64,000 nucleotides of DNA, taken from the IMG/VR virus record IMGVR_UViG_3300047463_000166, positions 95 to 64,094 of that record. One strand, 5' to 3'. This DNA comes from a virus. Lineage: Duplodnaviria; Caudoviricetes. This document shows positions 8,678-17,476 of the stretch, one piece after another. The notes below the pieces were generated by a model that saw nothing but the letters and a program-made list of their open reading frames with translations, searched no databases and was not told where the DNA came from. Position numbers and translations under genes: made by a program. How positions within the stretch are numbered: position 1 is the stretch's first letter; every line of letters begins with the position of its first letter.

Positions 8678-8745
8678 GTAGGGCCGTGCCTGAGATAGTG
8701 GCCTTGGTAAGATCAGTTCATGTGCTCGAACTGACGCCCTGCACC
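8678..8745 (+). ncRNA. Possible small structured, tRNA-remnant-like RNA
   Basis: GTAGGGC/GCCCTGC-ACC closing stem, GCC/GGC and TCAGTTC/GAACTGA arms; intergenic. Confidence 0.35.
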
Positions 8746-8764
8746 GATATAGGAGACACGAGAC

Positions 8765-9199
8765 ATGAAACCCTGGATTCATGCAGAGAACAGTGTGAAG
8801 AAGTTTGGTGGTGAAGTCGATGACTACCTTGACATCCATAATTGGTTGGATCAAACAAAAGCACATTTCCCTGATATGCGGCATCGCGCTATTCTCCACA
8901 GTAGTTTTGGGATTTTCCTGTGCGAGCAGGTGCATGGCGTTTCTTTCAAGCGTAAGTCGGATGGGAAGCGTGTGCAGGTCCGCGATATCGCGGAGCATCA
9001 CGTCATTGAAGACATGGGTTTCATCCCGACGATCCAAGATTACCTGAAGGACATGCCGTTCTATGATTGGCTCGGAGGAAAGCCGAAGAAGAAACAACGG
9101 TTGAAGCTCGACGACCTCGATCAGTTTGTACAGAAAGAGATTCCATCAACCGATCAAGGTCCGAGTGACTGGCCCCCAGGCATACGTGTTGTTGATTAG
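8765..9199 (+). CDS. DUF6915-like protein
   Basis: HAENSVKKFGG..DYLDIHNWLD..RHRAILH..EHHVIED pattern. Confidence 0.7.
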   Translation: MKPWIHAENSVKKFGGEVDDYLDIHNWLDQTKAHFPDMRHRAILHSSFGIFLCEQVHGVSFKRKSDGKRVQVRDIAEHHVIEDMGFIPTIQDYLKDMPFYDWLGGKPKKKQRLKLDDLDQFVQKEIPSTDQGPSDWPPGIRVVD

Positions 9200-9209
9200 G
9201 GAGGATTCA

Positions 9210-9485
9210 ATGGCAACCAAAGCGGAGAAAGCCCTCCTGACCAGGAAGGCGTGGGTTATTCAAGAAATCGGGTGGGAGTACAACGACGAGTACTACTACC
9301 GAGGCAACTCGGAAGGTGGGACTCCGTTGAAGGTGTACTTCGCGCATGATAGGGCGTTGGTTGATTGCGCCAAGATGAATGCGGTGAAGCTCAAGGAAGA
9401 GAAGGCGTCGGAGTACCCGATGGAACAGAGCAACGGCGAAGTCGTCAAGGAGTTTTTTGAGGTCGTAGAAGTGGAGGTTTGCTGA
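9210..9485 (+). CDS. Hypothetical protein
   Basis: RBS GGAGG; WEYNDEYY motif. Confidence 0.65.
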   Translation: MATKAEKALLTRKAWVIQEIGWEYNDEYYYRGNSEGGTPLKVYFAHDRALVDCAKMNAVKLKEEKASEYPMEQSNGEVVKEFFEVVEVEVC

Positions 9486-9486
9486 C

Positions 9487-9984
9487 ATGAGCACGAAGGA
9501 AAACGTGGACATCACCATTCCGAGTCCGATTCAGCGTGTGCTCGACAAGACACGAGAACTGCAAAAAGAGATCAAGGAAGTCGGTCAGGGCTCCATCAAG
9601 GAAATGTTTGAGGCTATCTTCAAACAGGCTCCGGCTGTCTTGGCCGTAAAGTGGACTCAATACACTCCACACTTCAACGATGGTGAGCCTTGTGTGTTCA
9701 ATGTGAACGAACCCGAAGTGCAGTTTGCTGAGGGTACATTTTTAGCGAAGGCGCATGAAGAAGGTCGTTCGTATCCCGAACAAGATGAGTATGCGGACGG
9801 AGAAGAGTTCTACGACAAATGGACGTTTCGAGTCCAGCAGAAAACCGTGGCGGATCTTATCAATGAAGTCTACACGGTCTTTCAAGAGATCGACCAAGTT
9901 ATGCAAGCGGTCTTCGGTGATGGTGTTCAGGTGACGGTGACGCGAGACGGCGACGTAGAGATCGACGAATACGACCATGACTGA
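9487..9984 (+). CDS. Conserved phage hypothetical protein (WTQYTPHFNDGEPC)
   Basis: RBS GGAGG; acidic C-terminus EYDHD. Confidence 0.75.
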   Translation: MSTKENVDITIPSPIQRVLDKTRELQKEIKEVGQGSIKEMFEAIFKQAPAVLAVKWTQYTPHFNDGEPCVFNVNEPEVQFAEGTFLAKAHEEGRSYPEQDEYADGEEFYDKWTFRVQQKTVADLINEVYTVFQEIDQVMQAVFGDGVQVTVTRDGDVEIDEYDHD

Positions 9985-10120
9985 GGCGTTTTAGTCGTTT
10001 ATGAGGCGAAAAGGTGTCACAGAGGGGAAGAAATAAGGACCACCTTATTTCTCCCCCTAGTAAAATCAAGCACTTACATTCCTTTCGTTTGGGCATCTGG
10101 TTTGCAGTATAGGAGAGTAT
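9982..10120 (+). promoter_or_regulatory. sigma54-type promoter P3 with two TGAGGC sites, hairpin and IHF-like box
   Basis: TGAGGC at 9982 and 10002; AATCAAGCACTTA 10064-10076; GGGCAT-CTGGT-TTGCA 10091-10106; GTAT at 10117. Confidence 0.8.
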
Positions 10121-10165
10121 CGACGGCAATGTAGCCGAGATAAACTAAAAACCAGGAGGTTCAAC

Positions 10166-11053
10166 ATGCGAAACGTAGTCCCGATGAAGTCAGTGGCAAT
10201 CGAAGCAGAGCAGAGCCAGGTGTCTCCCTTGGGAGCATTGAAGAACATTGCACCGTCAGTGTTCTCCCTGAGTTCGTCGCCTATCGTTTCTGAAAACTAC
10301 AGACATATCACCACTTCAGATGTTGTCCAGCACTTGATGTTGCAAGGCTGGCAGCTTGACAAGGCCGGTGAATCGCGGATCACCAAGGCAAAACGTGAGG
10401 CAGGACTTGCCCCTTATGTGGCCCATGCGGTGACGCTCCGGCATCCTGATTTCCAGATCGGTCAACGTCTGAAGCTCGGTCAGATCGTCCCCAATATCAT
10501 GATCGGCGGAAGCCACAACCGAACCACGGCGTTCTGGATGAACGGCGGTCTGTGGCGTTGCGTGTGCGATAATCAAGCGGTTGTCGGGCTCAATACGTTC
10601 GCGGCTCGCTTCCGTCACCAGGGTAATTTCACAAAGCTCATGGACAGCGTCTATCGTGCGATTGATACGATCGTGTCTAAGTCAAACGTGTTGACTGACT
10701 CAGTCGATCGTTGGTCGTCCATCCAGCTTTCGACAGAGCAACGGCATGAACTCTATCGTCGAGTTATCATGCTTCGTCCTGAGTCAGACGGTCGGGCATT
10801 GGCTCTCAACAACTTGGACGTGTTTGACGAACGTCGGCGTCCCGAAGATGGCGGCAACGATTTATTCACCACGTTCAACGTGATGCAGGAGCACACGATG
10901 CGCGGTCACAGAGGCTTTGTCACCATGCCGAACGGTGGCGGTGCGAACCGTTCTATCTCTCGCGGCATCGGTGGAGTCAATGCCTTCGTTGACGTGAACC
11001 GGCAGATGTGGGAACTCACCGAGGCTTATGCGAACGAACTCTCAAACGCCTAA
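10166..11053 (+). CDS. DUF932-like protein
   Basis: VSENYRHITT, SHNRT, GLWRCVCDNQ and RRPEDGGNDLFTTFNVMQE; RBS AGGAGG. Confidence 0.8.
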   Translation: MRNVVPMKSVAIEAEQSQVSPLGALKNIAPSVFSLSSSPIVSENYRHITTSDVVQHLMLQGWQLDKAGESRITKAKREAGLAPYVAHAVTLRHPDFQIGQRLKLGQIVPNIMIGGSHNRTTAFWMNGGLWRCVCDNQAVVGLNTFAARFRHQGNFTKLMDSVYRAIDTIVSKSNVLTDSVDRWSSIQLSTEQRHELYRRVIMLRPESDGRALALNNLDVFDERRRPEDGGNDLFTTFNVMQEHTMRGHRGFVTMPNGGGANRSISRGIGGVNAFVDVNRQMWELTEAYANELSNA

Positions 11054-11322
11054 GCCGGAAGAAAATGGTGCGGGGGATTCAACAGTCTCCCGCACCGGTC
11101 GTGTCTGCTACGTATGCGGGAAGAGGATTCAAAAGAACGAACTCGGCTTTTATCCCATCACCCATGCGTACTGTCGGCCAGGATCTTCAAAGTGGATAGC
11201 TTACTTTGATACACTACCTGAGTCAAAGAAGACCGAGGCCGGTAGATTGATTGCTCAACACTACCGTAATAAAAACGAGGAAACCAAACAACGCATTGCT
11301 AAATGGCGGGAGAAAAAAGCAC

Positions 11323-11868
11323 ATGAGAATGAAAAGTCCCATAGCGGCGATGTTGGCCTTAAACGATCTGGTCGAAAGAGAGGCAGACGGTCATTACAAG
11401 CCGGTGTACGACGAGATCCTAAAGCTAAACAAAGAATTTCCAAACGTCGCAAGTAACCATGTCGGCTTTGATCCTGGCCCTGAAGTGATGGAGTACACGG
11501 TTGCGAACCTACTCTTTTCCGCAAGTGCGGCTGGCGAGTACCCGAAAGAGCCGACATACAGCAGAAAAGACAGTCTTTTCGTCGTCAAGTTCATGAAAAC
11601 AGTCCCAGGCGGCAGACCCGCATTGTTAGATGTACTTTACGATATGTTCCCTCAAGCGGTATTCTGTACAGAGCACCTATTTTTCTTGCATCGGCAGATA
11701 CAGCGGTTGTTTCTGTTACCGGTTGAAGAGCGTCCCGATCAACTGCGCGAATCAAAGCTCTGCGATTGGACGTACCCACTGGATCGTATCGAGGCACTAA
11801 GGGTGCAAGCTGTGGATTTATGGAAAGACGAGGAGGACAAACTATATGCTGATGAAGATCGGAAATAG
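11323..11868 (+). CDS. Hypothetical protein
   Basis: ORF track; start uncertain. Confidence 0.55.
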   Translation: MRMKSPIAAMLALNDLVEREADGHYKPVYDEILKLNKEFPNVASNHVGFDPGPEVMEYTVANLLFSASAAGEYPKEPTYSRKDSLFVVKFMKTVPGGRPALLDVLYDMFPQAVFCTEHLFFLHRQIQRLFLLPVEERPDQLRESKLCDWTYPLDRIEALRVQAVDLWKDEEDKLYADEDRK

Positions 11869-12151
11869 GGACGGACAGCAGCCGGACGGCATTGGTATAT
11901 GGTCTACCGGCTTGTCATGGTTTGACGAAGGGACGATTCACCCCATCACGGCACAGGTTGTCTACGCAACTCCTGAGTTTGAGATCGTCGATGTGACGCT
12001 GGACTACGACAAGAAGACCGTTGAGATCCCCGATCGATTGACAGCCATGATCGTCGCAACGGCGGTCGATGAGTATGCACAGGTAGTTCCTGCATTAAAG
12101 AAGAAACGTGCAGCAAAGAAGACGACAGAAACCGACCCAATGTTTGAGTAG
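11846..12151 (+). CDS. Hypothetical protein
   Basis: RBS GAGGAGG. Confidence 0.6.
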   Translation: MLMKIGNRDGQQPDGIGIWSTGLSWFDEGTIHPITAQVVYATPEFEIVDVTLDYDKKTVEIPDRLTAMIVATAVDEYAQVVPALKKKRAAKKTTETDPMFE

Positions 12152-12286
12152 AGGAAATCATGACAGTCACACAAGTTCTCGATCAGTACTATCTGGCGAA
12201 ACGGGCGAACAACAAAGAAGAACAGCTTGCGATTGCTGACTTACTTGTTGAGAAGTACATTCCCGAATTGATTCCCAAAACCAAAG

Positions 12287-12853
12287 GTGAGGACGTTGAC
12301 TAAGTTTGTCCGACGTGTCGATCTACCCGAACGCTTTGATAACAAGGACGAGCGGCTTGCTCTGTACGCATTGCTGGCTGACACGCTCGGTGTGTACTAC
12401 TGGTGTGAGACGTTCATTCTTCGAGCACGAGGAACCCCTCGTCGATTCTGTATGCTTGGTCAACGTGGGCTCGTTGAGTATGCCGCAAAGAAAGTTCAGC
12501 AGATCTACAATCTTATTCAGGTCACAGCGGCAAAACGAAACGAGACAATCGGTTGGGAGTACGGTTCGGTTATCTCACTTCGAGATGCGCTGAACACACG
12601 TCGAAGAGAAGAGATCGTGGATCCGGCTTACAGCGAACAGATGATGGCATCTGTGTATCGGGCTCGGCACGACCTGAAGAACTCTTACAAGGTTGGACAT
12701 TCCGACGCACGAGCGGTCTTCGATATCGACGGATTTGACCGAGGCAAGACGCACCCTTGGCAGATTGGCAAGATGCACAACCCACTTGAGGCATTGCAAT
12801 ACGTCGCAGAAAACCCTGGAAGGTATGGAGACGAGCATGTACGAAAAAATTGA
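12287..12853 (+). CDS. Hypothetical protein
   Basis: ORF track, operon context. Confidence 0.55.
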   Translation: MRTLTKFVRRVDLPERFDNKDERLALYALLADTLGVYYWCETFILRARGTPRRFCMLGQRGLVEYAAKKVQQIYNLIQVTAAKRNETIGWEYGSVISLRDALNTRRREEIVDPAYSEQMMASVYRARHDLKNSYKVGHSDARAVFDIDGFDRGKTHPWQIGKMHNPLEALQYVAENPGRYGDEHVRKN

Positions 12854-13598
12854 GGTATTGAACGGGCAAGGATATATCGCTCTAGTCGATGCGATGGGTA
12901 ACGACAAGAGTATTCTCGACGCAGCACGAGTCTCGTACAATCGAGACACAATCAGCGATCAGCAAAATGAAGCACTCACTGAGAAGGACGAAAAACTACT
13001 TAGGTATTTATTGACAAACCGGCATACTTCGCCCTTCGAGCACGTTCAGTTGAAGTTTGAGGTCAGTGCTCCTATTTTCGTATTCCGGCAATGGCATCGT
13101 CATCGGACATGGAGCTACAACGAGATCAGCGCGAGGTACACCGAACTCCCTGAAAAGTTTTACGTGCCCACGCCGGACGATATTGGAGTGCAACACAGCA
13201 GCAACAAACAGATGCGTGAAACCGTAGCTCTCGATCAGAGCAGCCGCATTGAGCGAAAAATTCAGATCGACCAGTACGAGATTGCCTGTAAGCAATCTTT
13301 CTTAGTGTACAAAGATTTGATTGAGGCCGGATGGCCGCGAGAACTTGCGAGGGCTGTTCTGCCGGTGTCTACCTTCTCTCGAATGGCCGCAACGGTCGAT
13401 CTTCACAACCTGATGAGCTTCCTCCGGCTTCGACTTCATGCCCATGCTCAAAAGGAAATCCAGGTGTACGCTGTGGCGATTTTGCACCTGATGAGGCAGA
13501 TTGTCCCACTTACCACGGCGATTTTTCTTGGTACTTTAGAAGGCCAAAAAGGATACGAACACATAGATACAGGAAAAACCAAGGTAATTCTGTCTTGA
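12837..13598 (+). CDS. thyX: FAD-dependent thymidylate synthase
   Basis: AARVSY, HTSPFEH, RQWHRHRTWSYNEISARY, ARAVLP, HAQKEIQ. Confidence 0.95.
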   Translation: MYEKIEVLNGQGYIALVDAMGNDKSILDAARVSYNRDTISDQQNEALTEKDEKLLRYLLTNRHTSPFEHVQLKFEVSAPIFVFRQWHRHRTWSYNEISARYTELPEKFYVPTPDDIGVQHSSNKQMRETVALDQSSRIERKIQIDQYEIACKQSFLVYKDLIEAGWPRELARAVLPVSTFSRMAATVDLHNLMSFLRLRLHAHAQKEIQVYAVAILHLMRQIVPLTTAIFLGTLEGQKGYEHIDTGKTKVILS

Positions 13599-13615
13599 CA
13601 TTGTCGGACATGGTT

Positions 13616-13645
13616 AGGCACCGTTATTGCTTGGACGTTCAGTAT
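13616..13645 (+). promoter_or_regulatory. sigma54-type promoter P4
   Basis: AGGCAC-CGTTA-TTGCT, GTAT at 13642, ATG at 13644. Confidence 0.7.
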
Positions 13646-14066
13646 GAGACAGTTAGTTTTCATAGCCGTCGTACTTGTTTCACCAGCTTACGCCGATGAT
13701 CCGATGAATCAGCCGCTTGACTCTGTGGGAGTCCGAGGGTATGATTCAACACTTTGTAACGATAAATGGAATGATTGTAGCGACTATGATCGACAACAAT
13801 TCGATTGGAAGTACCCAGGAACCCCCCTCGAAACCATCTCCCTCTATCCCCTCAAACCAAAAGCTGAGGGTTACGAAGAGCACAACGAAGAACCCTCCGG
13901 TGTGGGAAACAGTCCCGCTCGGTATGGTGAAAGGTCGAGATCGGAAAGGCGGCTCGAAGTACTCATGGATGAAAAAACGACCGACCTCTGCCGCGATCAA
14001 GGCAGGACAGCCGGTAGGCAGCAACTACAATCTTATTTTTGTCCGAGACGGCCAGCGAACAGGTAG
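13644..14066 (+). CDS. Hypothetical secreted protein (probably leaderless)
   Basis: Signal-peptide-like MRQLVFIAVVLVSPAYA; overlaps next ORF. Confidence 0.5.
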   Translation: MRQLVFIAVVLVSPAYADDPMNQPLDSVGVRGYDSTLCNDKWNDCSDYDRQQFDWKYPGTPLETISLYPLKPKAEGYEEHNEEPSGVGNSPARYGERSRSERRLEVLMDEKTTDLCRDQGRTAGRQQLQSYFCPRRPANR

Positions 14067-14349
14067 AACGTATGAAGTTATCTACACGTCGCCCCTGAAT
14101 GTAGCGAAGACGTTCAAAATTACGGTTGCAGCAAGCTCGTTGCGTGATCTGTTCAAGCAAACTGTACACGCTATCGGAAATTTAAGAGCGACGGAGACAA
14201 CAGAAAACTTCTCGCTGCACTTCCAGGCAATCACGCACAAGGAAGGCATGACAGAGGAGATCATGGAGATACCGTTAGCGCGAGAGTTAGACGAACGTCA
14301 TCGGCCATCGACCGATGAACCTGTTGAACCTATCATTGTGGAGGATTGA
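13717..14349 (+). CDS. Hypothetical protein (true start probably downstream)
   Basis: 3' end coupled to next ORF. Confidence 0.4.
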   Translation: MTLWESEGMIQHFVTINGMIVATMIDNNSIGSTQEPPSKPSPSIPSNQKLRVTKSTTKNPPVWETVPLGMVKGRDRKGGSKYSWMKKRPTSAAIKAGQPVGSNYNLIFVRDGQRTGRTYEVIYTSPLNVAKTFKITVAASSLRDLFKQTVHAIGNLRATETTENFSLHFQAITHKEGMTEEIMEIPLARELDERHRPSTDEPVEPIIVED

Positions 14350-14723
14350 TGTTCTACGTAGGTGTTTTTGCTCATTACGAAGGTGCAGACAAGGCGCATC
14401 TGGTCAAGGTGAAGATCCTCGAAAAGCTCGGTCACAGTGTCGGTCGAGGGGAGCGGTTCTTGAAGGAACACCCTGTCAAGATCGACGGAGAACACAAGTA
14501 TCGTGCTCTGATCTTTCAGCTTCCGCCTCGATTCATTCTCAGCAATGACGCAATTCGGCATACGATGAAAGTGTACCGTTGCGATTGGCAGACGGCCAAG
14601 TTTCATTGCTATCGATTGTCGGCAACTAACGTGCTTGGAAAACAGGACGTATGGGAGGACGTGCTGACGGCGACGAATGAAAAAGAAGTCGAAGCAGCAG
14701 CGCAACCACCAACCACAATATAG
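14349..14723 (+). CDS. Hypothetical protein
   Basis: RBS GGAGG, TGATG coupling. Confidence 0.6.
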   Translation: MFYVGVFAHYEGADKAHLVKVKILEKLGHSVGRGERFLKEHPVKIDGEHKYRALIFQLPPRFILSNDAIRHTMKVYRCDWQTAKFHCYRLSATNVLGKQDVWEDVLTATNEKEVEAAAQPPTTI

Positions 14724-14753
14724 GTGAGTCTGTTTTTCAAATTTGAAACTTTT
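14723..14753 (+). repeat. Dispersed 31-bp palindromic motif copy 3, before the replication operon
   Basis: GGTGAGTCTGTTTTTCAAATTTGAAACTTTT followed by GGAG. Confidence 0.85.
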
Positions 14754-14767
14754 GGAGCCTGACGACA

Positions 14768-16228
14768 ATGGCGTACGACTACGTGTTCAAACCATTTAAG
14801 CATCAATTAGAGGGTATCGGGTTGTTGAGAACCAACCGGTACTTCGGCTTCTTTGATGAGCCTGGATGTGGTAAGTCGAAGGTCATTGTCGATGGGACTA
14901 ACCAACTCTTTGCAGATCGAGCGAATAATTTAACCGTAGTGGTATGCCCTAATACGGTCAAAGCGACGTGGTCGAATCCTGTGTGGGGCCAGGTTGCGAC
15001 TCATACACCATCGACGTTTCCTATACCGGTTATGGTGCGTATTGACGCCGGAAAGCGTCTCCCTGATGCCTTGGCACTGAAAGCCTATAAAGGTATTAGA
15101 CCGGTTTGGATCGTAGTCAATTACGAGGCGTTGCGTTCTGATGTCCTTCAACAGTGGCTCATGCAAGTACTACAGTTTCTCAGTCCGTCTACACTTGTTC
15201 TTGATGAGTCCACACGAATTAAGAATCGCACAGCCCTTCAAACGAAAGCGGTGATGCGTATTTCGTTGTGCGCCGGACGCCGATACATTTTGACGGGTAC
15301 GCCCATCACAAACAATCCGCTTGACCTCTATTCGCAGATCAATTTCTTGTCGAAGGATATCCTCAAGTTCCCCTCATTCGTCGCGTTTAGAAACCGTTAT
15401 GCTGAAATGGGAGGGTACTCTGTCGGCGGTCGTCCGGTCGAGGTTGTCGGCTGGAAGAATCTTGATGAACTTCGTACCAAAATTTCAAAGTTTTCTAGGG
15501 TGGTCAGCAAGGAAGAAGCCCTGCCGGATCTTCCATCGAAGCTGTATGCGAGGATCGAGGTACCTCTGACGAAGGAGCAGGAAAAAGCATACAAGCAGAT
15601 GAGAGAGTATGCGATTGCAGAGTTTCCTGGTACGGTCGATCGTGCAATGGCCCCTATCGCGTTGACAAAATTGCTCAGGTTGTCGCAGATTACAGCCGGA
15701 CATCTGACCGTTTCTGACGGATTTGGGCAAAGTGAGATCAAGAACTTCAAAGAAAATCCAAAAGTGAATGTGGTATTAGACTTGCTTCAAGAACATGAGC
15801 GGTTGGTAGTGTTTGGTATGTTCATCGCTGAGATTCAACAGCTTGAACAAGCTCTTATGGATGCAGATATCAGTCATGGTTCAATTTACGGCGAGACGCC
15901 AAACACGGAACGCGAGTTTATTCAAGGTCAATACCAAGCAGGGCATTTACGTGTCGTCATTTGCCAAGTCGTCACAGGAGGTATCGGAATCACATTGACT
16001 CGTGGACATGCTGCGTGTTTCTTGACGAATCCATATTCGTACGAGGCTCGCAGACAGGCCGAAGATCGGTTGCATCGCCCTGGTCAAACTCACAACGTCA
16101 TTTATTATGACATCATCGCCACTTGCGAAGGTGAACGGACTATCGATGCAACCGTCCTCGACGTGCTGAAGAAAAAGCAAGACCTTAGCGACCGTGTCCT
16201 CGGTCACAACCTAGAGGAGATTATCTAA
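14768..16228 (+). CDS. SNF2-family DEXD helicase
   Basis: PGCGKS, LDEST, LTGTP, GGIGITL, QAEDRLHRPGQ. Confidence 0.92.
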   Translation: MAYDYVFKPFKHQLEGIGLLRTNRYFGFFDEPGCGKSKVIVDGTNQLFADRANNLTVVVCPNTVKATWSNPVWGQVATHTPSTFPIPVMVRIDAGKRLPDALALKAYKGIRPVWIVVNYEALRSDVLQQWLMQVLQFLSPSTLVLDESTRIKNRTALQTKAVMRISLCAGRRYILTGTPITNNPLDLYSQINFLSKDILKFPSFVAFRNRYAEMGGYSVGGRPVEVVGWKNLDELRTKISKFSRVVSKEEALPDLPSKLYARIEVPLTKEQEKAYKQMREYAIAEFPGTVDRAMAPIALTKLLRLSQITAGHLTVSDGFGQSEIKNFKENPKVNVVLDLLQEHERLVVFGMFIAEIQQLEQALMDADISHGSIYGETPNTEREFIQGQYQAGHLRVVICQVVTGGIGITLTRGHAACFLTNPYSYEARRQAEDRLHRPGQTHNVIYYDIIATCEGERTIDATVLDVLKKKQDLSDRVLGHNLEEII

Positions 16229-16695
16229 TGGCACGAAAGAGAGCCGAATGGCAGAACCAGAAGCACAGTCTTGAACAGCGACGAGACGCGGTACAGACCA
16301 TGATGGACACATACCGCGAACAGGGAGACGTTGCACTGTGTCGCTTGATGACGGACTTCCGTGAAGAGGCTACTCGTCTTGAGGTACGACAACAGGAAAT
16401 CTCAGAGCATCTTGAGGCGATCGGGCAAGTACTCTCCGACAAGTGGGTGGCAGAAGGCCAGAGTTCTCTGACGGTGGATGGGCTCGGTACGTTTTCAATC
16501 TACCCAAAACTGTACGTATCAGCGGCGGACAAGGATGCGTACTTGCAATGGTTGCGTGACAACGGGATGGAGGCGTTGATTCAACCGGCAGTGCCGCCAA
16601 AAACAACAGAATCATTGGTTCGAGAGCGGTTAGAAGAAGGGCTTCCGTGCGAGGGGATGGGTCTCAATATCACTTACAAATCAATCGTTCGATAG
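16228..16695 (+). CDS. Conserved phage replication-module protein
   Basis: Coiled N-terminus, position between helicase and SSB-like gene. Confidence 0.6.
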   Translation: MARKRAEWQNQKHSLEQRRDAVQTMMDTYREQGDVALCRLMTDFREEATRLEVRQQEISEHLEAIGQVLSDKWVAEGQSSLTVDGLGTFSIYPKLYVSAADKDAYLQWLRDNGMEALIQPAVPPKTTESLVRERLEEGLPCEGMGLNITYKSIVR

Positions 16696-16706
16696 GAGGT
16701 TTTCTC

Positions 16707-17471
16707 ATGGGTACCGAATTAGTCAAGATCGATTCAGCGGTTCCGGCGACAGCCGAATTGCTTGCAGCGGCGGGGCTGACTGAGGAAGAGTTGGCCGCGC
16801 AAACCGGTGTGATGGGAATGGAAGGTGTTCGCCAAGAGCATATTCAGATTCCTCGGTTGGCGATTGCTCAACCTTTAAGCCCACAGATGATTCGGTCGAA
16901 GCCGGAATACATCGAAGGCTTGATGGTGGGACAGTACTTCAACACCGTGACGCGGGAAGTGTACGGCGATGTCGTGACGGTTGTGCCGGTGAAGTACAGC
17001 ATGAGCCGGATCAAGTTTACGAACAATGCTCTCGATTGCCGCTCGAAGAACGGCATCGATGGTGGTCACTACGCAGAGACATGTAAGACGTGTCAGTTCT
17101 CCAAGTGGGGATCCGGTCGTGAAGGGAAGGGCACTGACTGCAAAGAATACTTGAACTTCCTGGTGGTTGAGACCAGCACGTTGCAGCCAATGGTCATTTC
17201 GTTCAAGTCGGCGTCGTTGTCGGCGGGGAAGACGTGGAGCACGTTGATCCTCGGTCGAAAGATCGTGTTGTCGAACGGCGATCGTAAACCAGCACCGGCA
17301 TTCATGACGACGTATTCGCTCAAGACCGTGGAGAAGTCTTCCGGCAGTGGGGTGTACTACGTACCGGTTGTCTCGGTTGCGGGACCATCCGATACGCAGT
17401 TGGTGACGGAAGGAATGGCTCTTCACAAGTCATTCAAGGGTGAACTGGACTCCGATGCTCAGGACGAGTAA
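16707..17471 (+). CDS. Putative ssDNA-binding protein
   Basis: PRLAIAQPLSPQ, CxxC, acidic C-tail ELDSDAQDE; RBS AGGAGG. Confidence 0.6.
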   Translation: MGTELVKIDSAVPATAELLAAAGLTEEELAAQTGVMGMEGVRQEHIQIPRLAIAQPLSPQMIRSKPEYIEGLMVGQYFNTVTREVYGDVVTVVPVKYSMSRIKFTNNALDCRSKNGIDGGHYAETCKTCQFSKWGSGREGKGTDCKEYLNFLVVETSTLQPMVISFKSASLSAGKTWSTLILGRKIVLSNGDRKPAPAFMTTYSLKTVEKSSGSGVYYVPVVSVAGPSDTQLVTEGMALHKSFKGELDSDAQDE

Positions 17472-17476
17472 GTTTT

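Noticed and set aside
14713-14728. NrdR-like box CCACAATATAGGTGAG before the replication operon
   Set aside because: Only the left half matches; single copy overlapping a stop codon
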